Positions 8,791-16,541 of a DNA stretch of 64,000 nt are shown piece after piece. Numbering within the stretch: the first letter of the stretch is position 1; each line of letters opens with the position of its first letter. The stretch is taken from the NCBI GenBank assembly GCA_019750295.1, contig JAIEOS010000012.1, forward strand, positions 22,605-86,604, read 5' to 3'. This DNA is from Bdellovibrionales bacterium. Lineage in GTDB: Bacteria > Bdellovibrionota > Bdellovibrionia > Bdellovibrionales > JAGQZY01. A program made the translations under genes and the position numbers. Under the pieces are notes generated by a model. The model was not told the DNA's origin. It ran no database searches and worked only from the letters and a program-made list of their open reading frames with translations.

Positions 8791-9978
8791 TTAGTCCTCA
8801 AACTTCTTCACAGCTTTTTCTTCAACGGCTAGAACACCGTTCATTGGAGCATTGCGGATGTTGAAAAGGCGCGTGCGAATGTCATGTGCGCAGGCTTGAT
8901 GAAAAGAGTCGATGTGACTTCCGACGTACACGAGAAAGTTTGCGAGATCATATGCAGAAACCATTTTGATTAGATCTCGGTACGTCATATCTGAATCGAC
9001 ATGAGCGGCAAACTTGTTTCTGATTTCTCTGACTTCAGATTCCATAGTCAAATTTCTTGAATTAGCAGAAGCCAATAAAATATGGTGCCCTTTGTATTGA
9101 CCGTTCTGCCATTTGGACAAAAGACTTTCGTGTCTTGCCTCATCATATAAGTTGTCGATTAAGCTGAAAGCATCCACAACCATGAGTGACCACACGACTT
9201 CATGCAAGAGGTCAATTTTTTGAGAAAAATGAGTCAGACCCGAAAGCATATCGAGAAAATCAATAACACTCAAAATAGCCATCGCCTTTTCTTGATCCGG
9301 GTGACAGGCGAGCATACCTAAAGTATTCCCTCTGGTAAGCGCAAGAGAATCTGACGACATCGTCGGCGAAGATCCCTCTGGAACTGTTGCAGAATTAAAT
9401 TCCTGTATAACGGAGTCAATCTTGGCATGGTCGGAAGCCTGCCATTTGAATCTTAATGGTACCGATAAGATCGACATCACCTCAATCATATCGTCTACGA
9501 ATACATCAATGCTAAGAAGATCAACTGCATTCCAATTGTCGATGATCGAATCTATTGTTTCTTCTTGGCGATGCGCAGAGACCTTGTCACGTATCGACTC
9601 ATAGATCCCACGGTAATCACGATCCAGACGAGTGAACTTTTCATCGAGCTGATCTCTGATTTTTTTGTCAATGTGAGATGATTTGAAAAGAGAGTTCTTG
9701 AGCCGTCGCCCAAGTTCAATGAATGAGTCCACTTGAAGATAAACCGCTCGTGCGATTACACGTTTGTGATAGTCGCTCTTGAGGGCTGAGACCGCTCGCC
9801 GTGTTGCCTCCGCTCTACGAGCCAAATATGAAATCTTTGAAAGCAAATTGAATTCCGCAGGAGGAAGAGTTTCGACAATTGTTTTGCCTTTTGGTGGCGG
9901 GGGATTCGAATTCAAGCTGCTCTCCTTTGCGATCACACATGCATTTGTAACCTCTATGCTATCAGGATAGGAGACCAC
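8791..9978 (-). CDS. Tandem-HEPN protein (two R-x5-H motifs), putative RNase effector/toxin
   Basis: Track ORF is 8791-10068. It has YESIRDKVSAHRQEE (R160..H166, 9571-9591) and VREIRNKFAAHVDSD (R350..H356, 9001-9021). Both fit the HEPN Rx4-6H signature with a polar residue after Arg. The start is ambiguous: ATG 10068 would overlap the upstream XRE gene by 107 nt, while GTG 9976-9978 overlaps it by 17 nt. Confidence 0.6.
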   Translation of the reverse strand: MVSYPDSIEVTNACVIAKESSLNSNPPPPKGKTIVETLPPAEFNLLSKISYLARRAEATRRAVSALKSDYHKRVIARAVYLQVDSFIELGRRLKNSLFKSSHIDKKIRDQLDEKFTRLDRDYRGIYESIRDKVSAHRQEETIDSIIDNWNAVDLLSIDVFVDDMIEVMSILSVPLRFKWQASDHAKIDSVIQEFNSATVPEGSSPTMSSDSLALTRGNTLGMLACHPDQEKAMAILSVIDFLDMLSGLTHFSQKIDLLHEVVWSLMVVDAFSLIDNLYDEARHESLLSKWQNGQYKGHHILLASANSRNLTMESEVREIRNKFAAHVDSDMTYRDLIKMVSAYDLANFLVYVGSHIDSFHQACAHDIRTRLFNIRNAPMNGVLAVEEKAVKKFED

Positions 9979-10330
9979 GTGCCACCGCGAGCACCGTTTC
10001 AACTTCCTTATCTCGCATCCGTTTGAGCAGTTCCCCAATCTCCAACCTTGGGTCAGGCCGTTCAACAAAAGTATTCAACCGTTCAAAGTATGCCGTGGCC
10101 TTCACTCCGTAGGCATGGATGAGTCGCTTCAACTTCTCACCCTTGGGCACATCCATGCGCCCGGTCTCTACTTGGGCGATGTAGCTGTCAGAAACTCCAA
10201 TCAATGCGGCAGCCTTTATCATCGAAATTCCGCGCTCATGCCGAATCTGTTTCAGTAACCTCGCCGCCGGAGTCATCACGATCCGGTCACTCCGCTTTTT
10301 GGTTCGATACTTCCTCGTTCCGCTCATCAT
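9962..10330 (-). CDS. XRE-family HTH transcriptional regulator
   Basis: 122 aa. ERGISMIKAAALIGVSDSYIAQVETGRMDVP is an HTH_3 motif. It sits immediately upstream of the tandem-HEPN gene and overlaps it. Confidence 0.75.
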   Translation of the reverse strand: MMSGTRKYRTKKRSDRIVMTPAARLLKQIRHERGISMIKAAALIGVSDSYIAQVETGRMDVPKGEKLKRLIHAYGVKATAYFERLNTFVERPDPRLEIGELLKRMRDKEVETVLAVARGLLS

Positions 10331-10571
10331 TTTTTGCCTCTTAGTCAGGTTTTTTGTCTAAGTGCTTAGATACGTCCGCAGACGGCCGCTCGGCACGGCA
10401 AAACCGACCAGAAAATGGCTGCGGACACCCCTTACTAGGGTTGAGATGACCCAGGGTCGAATCATCGAGTCGCTGCTGCCACCGAAGGTAACTCGTTAAA
10501 TTTCGTGATGTTGTTTGAAAAAAGGAACCCAAACATCCGCTGCGGACATCTGGGTTCTAAAACTGGTGTAT

Positions 10572-10922
10572 TGGTGGAGGCGCCGGGAATTGAACCCGGG
10601 TCCGCAAGTGATTCACGTTAAGACAAGCTACAAGTTTAGTCGGTATTTAATGACGGCTGACAACTTCTATCGACAAACTTTGTCAGCCCTTGCACCGAAA
10701 GATTTAAAAAGTTGAGCTCGGAACAACACTCAACTCTCGATGTGGCATTAGTTATACTTCCACCAGCGTCACCACCGAACACCGATTTCAGCATCAGCTT
10801 TTAATTAAGCTGCAAAAGCGAATTGATCGCCAGATAAAACAATGCACGTTTTTAACGAGGTCCACATGCGCCCCGACTTGCTTCCTAAGCTTCACGACCC
10901 ACGTCGAAGCCAGTACGCCCCC
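10572..10922 (-). ncRNA. ssrA: tmRNA (SsrA)
   Basis: On the minus strand the 5-prime end is GGGGGCGTACTGGCTTCGACGTGGG. The 3-prime tRNA-like end is GCGGACCCGGGTTCAATTCCCGGCGCCTCCACCA. The internal tag ORF GGC GAT CAA TTC GCT TTT GCA GCT TAA (10805-10831) encodes (A)GDQFAFAA*, a typical ...A-A degradation tag. Length is 351 nt. Confidence 0.85.
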
Positions 10923-11120
10923 ACGGACGTAACTCAATACCTATACCATAATCTGTGTCTCATAGCTAGTTCGGCAAGCTCTCCCCGAGGAAATGGCCAG
11001 AATTCCCCGTGGGGGTGAATTGCGGTGCAATTTGGTGGCCCTTTTCAATTGAGATCGAAGCTATCGGGGGGTTACCGGAGCATGGCCTTTGCAACTCTTA
11101 AGGGAAGCAAAGGAGAATTT

Positions 11121-11660
11121 ATGAAACATTTTATTAAGAAAACTCTGTCCTTCTCGATCGCCCTATTATGGGTGGCGGCCGAATCGATCGCACAAACGGG
11201 TGGAGCGGCGGGCGGCGCACCCACAGGCGGAGCAGCACCGGCCGGTGGAACAGTTCCCGCAGCGGCGAACACGTCGGCACCTCCGGGAGCGGCATTTCCT
11301 CCTCCGGGACAACCTTCGACGAGTACATCCTCGACGGGTACGACTCAACCCAATCCCATTCAGAACCCTCGGCAGAACAATCAGACGAGCGGAAATATTC
11401 GTCCCAATGGGAGCACCTCCGCGACGCCTTCCAGCAGTACGTCCACCTCTGGTTTTTCGAGCCCCGGTAACGATGCGGCGGGGAATTCGATGAGTCCTAA
11501 TCCAGGGAAAACTCAAAGCTCTACCGCTCCTGGTGCGCCTCAGGGGTCCAACACCCCGGGCACAAACACCGTGAATAATAGCTTAGGTGTTGCGCCCGAT
11601 GCGGCCGCACGCACAAATTCGAATTCCAAATCGAACTCGAATCCGCAGCAGCGTCGATAA
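11121..11660 (+). CDS. Secreted low-complexity Pro/Ser/Thr/Gly/Asn-rich protein
   Basis: ATG 11121 lies 6 nt after AAGGAG. Signal peptide is MKHFIKKTLSFSIALLWVAAESIAQ. The rest is low complexity (GGAAGGAPTGGAAPAGG..., SSTSTSG...). Confidence 0.6.
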   Translation: MKHFIKKTLSFSIALLWVAAESIAQTGGAAGGAPTGGAAPAGGTVPAAANTSAPPGAAFPPPGQPSTSTSSTGTTQPNPIQNPRQNNQTSGNIRPNGSTSATPSSSTSTSGFSSPGNDAAGNSMSPNPGKTQSSTAPGAPQGSNTPGTNTVNNSLGVAPDAAARTNSNSKSNSNPQQRR

Positions 11661-11664
11661 CTAA

Positions 11665-12495
11665 TTATCGGAGCTTGGCCAAGATTTTTGGAAGAGCATC
11701 GATCAGATCGGTGGCGAGCAGGCTTAAAATATCTTTTTGATCTTTAAGCCACTCGTCAGCGACATTTCCGTGCACAAAGGCCGCAAGGGGTGCAGCCTCT
11801 TGGGCGGTTAACCCCTGCGCCACAAGAGCTGCGATCATTCCGGTTAACGTATCGCCGGTTCCCGCTTTGGCGAGAGCCGCATTTCCCGATTGAATTTCGA
11901 AATACTTCCCTCGACTGGCCACAAGAGTTTTGTGCCCCTTTAAAATCACAGTGCAATGGAGCTTCTTCTCTGCGAGCAAAATCGCTGCCTTGCGATTCTT
12001 GCGAATCTTGTCGGAAGACCATCCGATCAGTCGCGATAGCTCTCCTTCGTGGGGAGTTGCTATCCACGAGGCGGGGAGGGGAAGGAGTTTGTATTCGGAG
12101 CAAATATTTAAAGCATCGGCATCAATCACCACGTGTTGGGCTTTGGCTCGAAGAAGTGCTTTTAGAAGTTTTAAGCTGTGTTTGGATTTTCCTAAGCCGG
12201 GGCCAATGGCGATACTCGCTTCGTTGAAGTTTAATTTTAAAAACTTAGTCCACGGCATTGTTAAAAAATTAGGATGTTTGAAGGTGGGGAAACTTTCTCC
12301 GTGGCTCACAACATAGGTGTAGCCTGAGCCCATGCGCGCGGCCGCGGTGGCCGCTAAAACGGCAGCGCCGAACATTCCTTTTGAGCCCCCAATAATATAC
12401 GTCTTTCCGGCAGAGCTCTTATTGTCGGTGGATTTCCGTTTCGGGAGAAGCTTTCGCGCCGCTTTAAGATCAAATTTGAGGAAGGAGTCTTTCAT
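11665..12495 (-). CDS. nnrD: ADP-dependent NAD(P)H-hydrate dehydratase (YjeF C-terminal family)
   Basis: 276 aa with GGSKGMFGAAVLAATAAARMGSGYTYV, GPGLG, and GNAALAKAGTGDTLTGMIAALVAQG, the ribokinase-like YjeF_C signature. Confidence 0.8.
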   Translation of the reverse strand: MKDSFLKFDLKAARKLLPKRKSTDNKSSAGKTYIIGGSKGMFGAAVLAATAAARMGSGYTYVVSHGESFPTFKHPNFLTMPWTKFLKLNFNEASIAIGPGLGKSKHSLKLLKALLRAKAQHVVIDADALNICSEYKLLPLPASWIATPHEGELSRLIGWSSDKIRKNRKAAILLAEKKLHCTVILKGHKTLVASRGKYFEIQSGNAALAKAGTGDTLTGMIAALVAQGLTAQEAAPLAAFVHGNVADEWLKDQKDILSLLATDLIDALPKILAKLR

Positions 12496-12629
12496 AGCAC
12501 CAACCTAATGGAGCCAACTCCGCAGTTCAACAATGAAACATAGAGTCTTTAGCCAAAGACCTCCAAAATCTTGCGAGCTCCTTGACTGATTCTGGGGAGT
12601 CACTAGATTAAAGGAATCAGGAGAACATT

Positions 12630-13271
12630 ATGACCAGCAAAGAAATTCAAGCCGCTCTCGACTGGCGCTACGCCGTTAAAAAATTTGATGCCACTCGAAA
12701 AATTTCCCCCGCCGATTGGAAAATCATCGAAGAATCGATGGTCAAATCTCCTTCGTCCTACGGACTGCAGCCGTGGAAGTTTATCGTTGTGACCGATCAA
12801 ACGCTTAAAGATCAACTGCGACCTCTCTCGTGGAATCAGTCTCAAGTTTCGGACTGCTCCCACTATGTGGTGATGCTCTATAAAAAGAAGATGGATGTCG
12901 CTTTTATTGATCGTCATATTCATCGCATGGCCGAAGTGCGAGGGGCAACGTTGGACTCTCTGGCCGGTTTTAAGAATTCCGTGGTGGGAGATCTCATCAA
13001 TGGTCCTCGCTCAGAAGTGATTGGCCCGTGGGCGCAAAGACAAGTCTATATCGCCATGGGATTTATGATGACCGCAGCGGCACTCCTCAACATCGATACC
13101 TGCCCGATGGAAGGCATCAGTCCTGCGGACTACGATAAAGTTCTTGGTCTTGAGAATTCCGAATGGGCAACGGTCGCCACGGTGGCTGTGGGTTATCGCC
13201 ATCCGGAGGATCGCTTCTCGAAACTCCCTAAAGTGCGATTTCGAGACAATGAAGTGATCGAATATCGTTAA
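12630..13271 (+). CDS. NAD(P)H nitroreductase (NfsB/NfnB-like)
   Basis: 213 aa with RYAVKKFD, SSYGLQPWKFIVV and the typical size of oxygen-insensitive nitroreductases. Confidence 0.8.
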   Translation: MTSKEIQAALDWRYAVKKFDATRKISPADWKIIEESMVKSPSSYGLQPWKFIVVTDQTLKDQLRPLSWNQSQVSDCSHYVVMLYKKKMDVAFIDRHIHRMAEVRGATLDSLAGFKNSVVGDLINGPRSEVIGPWAQRQVYIAMGFMMTAAALLNIDTCPMEGISPADYDKVLGLENSEWATVATVAVGYRHPEDRFSKLPKVRFRDNEVIEYR

Positions 13272-13273
13272 GT

Positions 13274-13825
13274 CTATTGGCTTTGAATCATTTTTAAAAA
13301 ATGTTCGATTTCGTTTTTAAACTCGCAAGGTCCACCCAGGTTTGTCTTTAAGGCAATCCCTTGGTGGAACGTCATTATCATATCCGCAAGAATTTGCGCT
13401 TTGGCCGAAGGAATATTTTCGGCCTTGAGATTTTTTAGAATTAAATTTTTAGTGTACGCCAGCTTTTCCGTCACGTGGGTCTTCGCTTTTGCCGGAAGAA
13501 TATTATAATCGCGAATTGTGTTCACCAAAAAGCAACCCTTAGGTCCTTTGGGGCAATTCGATTTTGTGAGTAAGTTCTTTATGTTTCCCCAACCGAGCGG
13601 TTCGGACGTCATCAGCTCTTCGATTCCACTGGTGTCGGAGTATTGTTTGAGGCATTCGACAAACATTTCGTCTTTGCCGTTAAACTCCGAATAAAGACCC
13701 GATTTATTAACCCCAGTCGCTTTTTCTAAATCCTGGACGCTGGTCTTTGCATAGCCTTGCGTCCAGAAAAGCTCTCTGGCTCGATTTAACACATCCTGTA
13801 GGTCGTAGTTTTTGACTCGTCCCAT
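13274..13825 (-). CDS. TetR-family transcriptional regulator
   Basis: 183 aa with N-terminal HTH YAKTSVQDLEKATGVNKSGLYSEFNGKDEMF. It is divergent from the SDR gene. Confidence 0.8.
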   Translation of the reverse strand: MGRVKNYDLQDVLNRARELFWTQGYAKTSVQDLEKATGVNKSGLYSEFNGKDEMFVECLKQYSDTSGIEELMTSEPLGWGNIKNLLTKSNCPKGPKGCFLVNTIRDYNILPAKAKTHVTEKLAYTKNLILKNLKAENIPSAKAQILADMIMTFHQGIALKTNLGGPCEFKNEIEHFLKMIQSQ

Positions 13826-13847
13826 ATTTAATCAAGCTAACATAAAA

Positions 13848-13914
13848 AACCGATCGGTTCAATATTTTTCTTGCGGATGCCGTAAAGGCTGTTATATTGA
13901 ACCAAACGGTTCAA
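13848..13914. promoter_or_regulatory. Two palindromic candidate TetR operators in the tetR/SDR divergent intergenic region
   Basis: AACCGATCGGTT (13848-13859) is a perfect 12-bp palindrome. TTGAACC-AAAC-GGTTCAA (13897-13914) has 7-bp arms. Both share AACC-N4-GGTTCAATA. Confidence 0.45.
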
Positions 13915-13935
13915 TAAAGAACGAAAGGAAACAAA

Positions 13936-14685
13936 ATGAATAAACTCCAAGGGAAAGTTGCATTAGTCACGGGCGGGAACTCAGGGATCGGTCTGGCCAC
14001 GGCCAAACTCTATAAAGATCACGGCGCTCAAGTGGTGATCACCGCGCGCTCACAAGACACCTACGAAAAGGCGAAGGCCGAGTACGGCGGCATCTTCGAT
14101 ATCGTGCGCACCGATATTAGCCAGCCTCAAGAATTAGATCGCCTCTACACCCACATCAAGGAAAAATATGGAAAGCTCGACGTGCTCTTCGCAAATGCGG
14201 GAATTGCCAAATTTGCTCCCACCACCGAATCCTCTCCGGAGTTTTTCGATAGTCAGTTTGATACAAATGTTCGTGGGTTGTACTTTACCGTTCAAAAAGC
14301 TCTCCCTCTACTCAGCCCTGGCAGCGCAGTTGTTCTTAATGCTTCTGTTGCTGCTGTAAAAGGAATTCCAGGAAGCTCGGTGTATTCCGCTACGAAAGCC
14401 GCCGTGAGAAGTTTTGCGCGCTCGTGGACGGCGGAAATTCCTGTGACCTCCGTGCGCTTTAATGTTCTATCGCCCGGTCCCATCGAAACGCCCATTTTCG
14501 AAAAAACAGGAATGTCTCCCAAAGAGGTCGGTGAGTTTACCACCAACATGGCGGCCACAGTTCCTATCAAGAGATTGGGACGCTCCGAAGAGATGGCTAA
14601 GGTCGCGCTCTTTTTAGCCAGCGATGATTCAAGTTATATCGCAGGAGCCGATATCACTGCCGATGGTGGTTATGGACAAGTTTAA
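13936..14685 (+). CDS. Short-chain dehydrogenase/reductase (SDR)
   Basis: 249 aa with GKVALVTGGNSGIGLATAK (TGxxxGxG), NAGI, and YSATKAAV (YxxxK). Confidence 0.85.
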   Translation: MNKLQGKVALVTGGNSGIGLATAKLYKDHGAQVVITARSQDTYEKAKAEYGGIFDIVRTDISQPQELDRLYTHIKEKYGKLDVLFANAGIAKFAPTTESSPEFFDSQFDTNVRGLYFTVQKALPLLSPGSAVVLNASVAAVKGIPGSSVYSATKAAVRSFARSWTAEIPVTSVRFNVLSPGPIETPIFEKTGMSPKEVGEFTTNMAATVPIKRLGRSEEMAKVALFLASDDSSYIAGADITADGGYGQV

Positions 14686-14697
14686 TGCGGAAAAAGC

Positions 14698-14724
14698 GGC
14701 CACAAGTTTTGTGGCCCTCGTTTC
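14698..14724 (+). terminator. Candidate intrinsic terminator after the SDR gene
   Basis: GGCCACAA-GTT-TTGTGGCC (14698-14716) is a perfect 8-bp stem, followed by CTCGTTTC, a weak U tract. Confidence 0.4.
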
Positions 14725-14835
14725 AGATCCAAGAATTTCGGGGAACTCGAATCCAAAGACGAGCTTCTTTAAGATACTCTTGAGAAAAATGCGCGGCAAA
14801 AGTAAAAAAATTGCCGAGCATATGGCGTAATTCAT

Positions 14836-15135
14836 TTAATCGCAAAAATAAGCGGTGCCGTTGACAGATTGGCCGAGAGAGCCGGTCTGTTGAATGGTCA
14901 CGAAGTTAGCGCCTTTGCGAGCAGCATCGAGCTTGAGATCCTCAAGGGCGTCTTCGAAAGTTCCCTTTACCGTCTTGACGCGGCCTTCGACTTTTCCGAG
15001 ATCGCGACAGTTTTTACCGGCCTCTTCGCGGCTGACTTCGACGTTTTTGGCTTCGGGTTTAATCGGGTGACTGCTGCAATTTACGAGGGTTACAGCGAAG
15101 ATTCCCGTAAGGGCGAATATAACTAATGCTCGCAT
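14836..15135 (-). CDS. Small lipoprotein (DUF4156-like)
   Basis: 99 aa with MRALVIFALTGIFAVTLVNCSS (lipobox) and C-terminal ...GTAYFC, as I recall for DUF4156 lipoproteins. Confidence 0.5.
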   Translation of the reverse strand: MRALVIFALTGIFAVTLVNCSSHPIKPEAKNVEVSREEAGKNCRDLGKVEGRVKTVKGTFEDALEDLKLDAARKGANFVTIQQTGSLGQSVNGTAYFCD

Positions 15136-15167
15136 AAGGTGCTCCTATTGTTTTTGCGCGGGTTCCT

Positions 15168-16394
15168 ATGTATAAGCCGATGATGGCCTTTAAATTTCTC
15201 TCAGTCACGCCCAGAATTTCTGTCGATCCACAGCAATGGATGGACTGGTCGTGGCAAATGCGCAAAGGCCTAAAAACTCAAGGGGACTACGCGCAGTATT
15301 TTACTCTAACCCCCGATGAGCAGCAGGGCTTTGCGCAGTCGCAAAACATCTTTCGCGCGCAAACCACGCCCTATTATGCGTCTCTGGCCTCGGCAGACAA
15401 TGCCTTTGATCCCATCCGCCGAATTCTTATACCGAGTCGCGAAGAGTTTGAAGGCAGCGGGCAAAGCCCCGCTCAGCAAATGCTCGATCCCTTAGGGGAG
15501 CGGAAAGCATCTAACAATCCCACCGCGCGCGTGGTGCATCGGTATTCGGATCGCGTTTTATTTTTAGTGACTGATCTTTGTAGTGTGTATTGTCGCTACT
15601 GCACACGCAAACATTTCACCGCCACCGATCAAGCGTTTTTAAACTCAAAAGAGTACGCCGATGCTTTAGACTATATTCGTTCGCACAAAGGAGTGCGCGA
15701 GGTGATCTTCTCGGGCGGAGATCCCCTCACGTTATCAGACAGTATCGTCGAGCGGATTTTAAGTGATGTGAGGCGTATCGAGCACATCGAAATCATTCGC
15801 GTCCATTCGCGCATGCCGGTGGTGGCTCCTATGCGCATCACTGATGCGCTTGTTAAAATTCTACAAAAGAATAAACCGGTGTATTTGATCACTCACTTTA
15901 ATCATCCCAAGGAGATCACCGCAGAATCCGCCATGGCTGTGGAAAAGCTGGTGGATCACGGTATACCCACACTCAATCAAATGGTTTTATTAAACGGTGT
16001 AAACAATCATCCCGCAATTATTCAGGCACTGTCGCGACGCTTGCTGTATCTCCGTGTGAAGCCCTACTACATGTTCCAGTGCGATCCTTCGCAGGGGACC
16101 GATCATCTGCGAACTTCCATTGAGGACTCTCTCGAGATTCAAAAAGAACTCTGGGGACATCTCTCGGGCCTTGCGATGCCGACGTACATCGTGGATATTC
16201 CCGACGGCGGCGGTAAAGCCGCGCTCACTCCCAACTTTCAAGTGGCTCAAGAGGGTCATGTAAGAAAGTTTAAAGGCTGGGACGGGGTCGAAGCCCAATA
16301 TGTAAGTCCCGCCAAAATTATTAAACCCATCGACGCCGAAGATTATCTCGAAGAGTGGGAGATCTTAAAGTCCGGGAAAAAAATTAAGTGGTGA
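15168..16394 (+). CDS. kamA: Lysine 2,3-aminomutase family radical SAM enzyme (KamA)
   Basis: 408 aa with CSVYCRYCTRK (CxxxCxxC radical SAM cluster), SGGDPL, and conserved N-terminal W-x-W-Q motif context. Confidence 0.8.
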   Translation: MYKPMMAFKFLSVTPRISVDPQQWMDWSWQMRKGLKTQGDYAQYFTLTPDEQQGFAQSQNIFRAQTTPYYASLASADNAFDPIRRILIPSREEFEGSGQSPAQQMLDPLGERKASNNPTARVVHRYSDRVLFLVTDLCSVYCRYCTRKHFTATDQAFLNSKEYADALDYIRSHKGVREVIFSGGDPLTLSDSIVERILSDVRRIEHIEIIRVHSRMPVVAPMRITDALVKILQKNKPVYLITHFNHPKEITAESAMAVEKLVDHGIPTLNQMVLLNGVNNHPAIIQALSRRLLYLRVKPYYMFQCDPSQGTDHLRTSIEDSLEIQKELWGHLSGLAMPTYIVDIPDGGGKAALTPNFQVAQEGHVRKFKGWDGVEAQYVSPAKIIKPIDAEDYLEEWEILKSGKKIKW

Positions 16395-16541
16395 TATTTC
16401 TTAGAAATTTAGTCTAATCTTTTAAGAGATCTTGCGGCAGCAAAGCACTGGACAAAGGTTTACTGTTTTATAAATAGGCTTTAAGTTTAAGCTAAAAGTA
16501 CTACTCTATGAAGAACACAATACCTAATCCTCAATTTTGAT

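Larger units (their letters stand above)
1..10571. mobile_element. Integrative element abutting the 3-prime end of tmRNA (left boundary not in window or undetermined)
   Basis: Everything between the tmRNA 3-prime end and the window start is mobile-element-type cargo: serine and tyrosine recombinases, a prim-pol/helicase replicase, five HTH regulators and a HEPN gene. tmRNA 3-prime ends are classical integration sites. I could not find a direct repeat of the tmRNA end by eye. Confidence 0.6.

Noticed and set aside
1-10571. Search for a direct repeat of the tmRNA 3-prime end to define the island's far boundary
   Set aside because: I could not find a convincing copy of TGGTGGAGGCGCCGGGAATTGAAC or its sub-strings by eye. 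The closest was GAAATTCAATGTTCGGGCCCGAC near 5360-5385, and it is too diverged to call. A computed alignment is needed.
11072-11516. Cluster of overlapping ORFs on both strands (66-116 aa) inside the 11121-11660 gene
   Set aside because: They are Arg/Pro/Gly-rich read-throughs typical of alternative frames over a GC-rich low-complexity coding region. Only the plus-strand frame has an RBS and a signal peptide.
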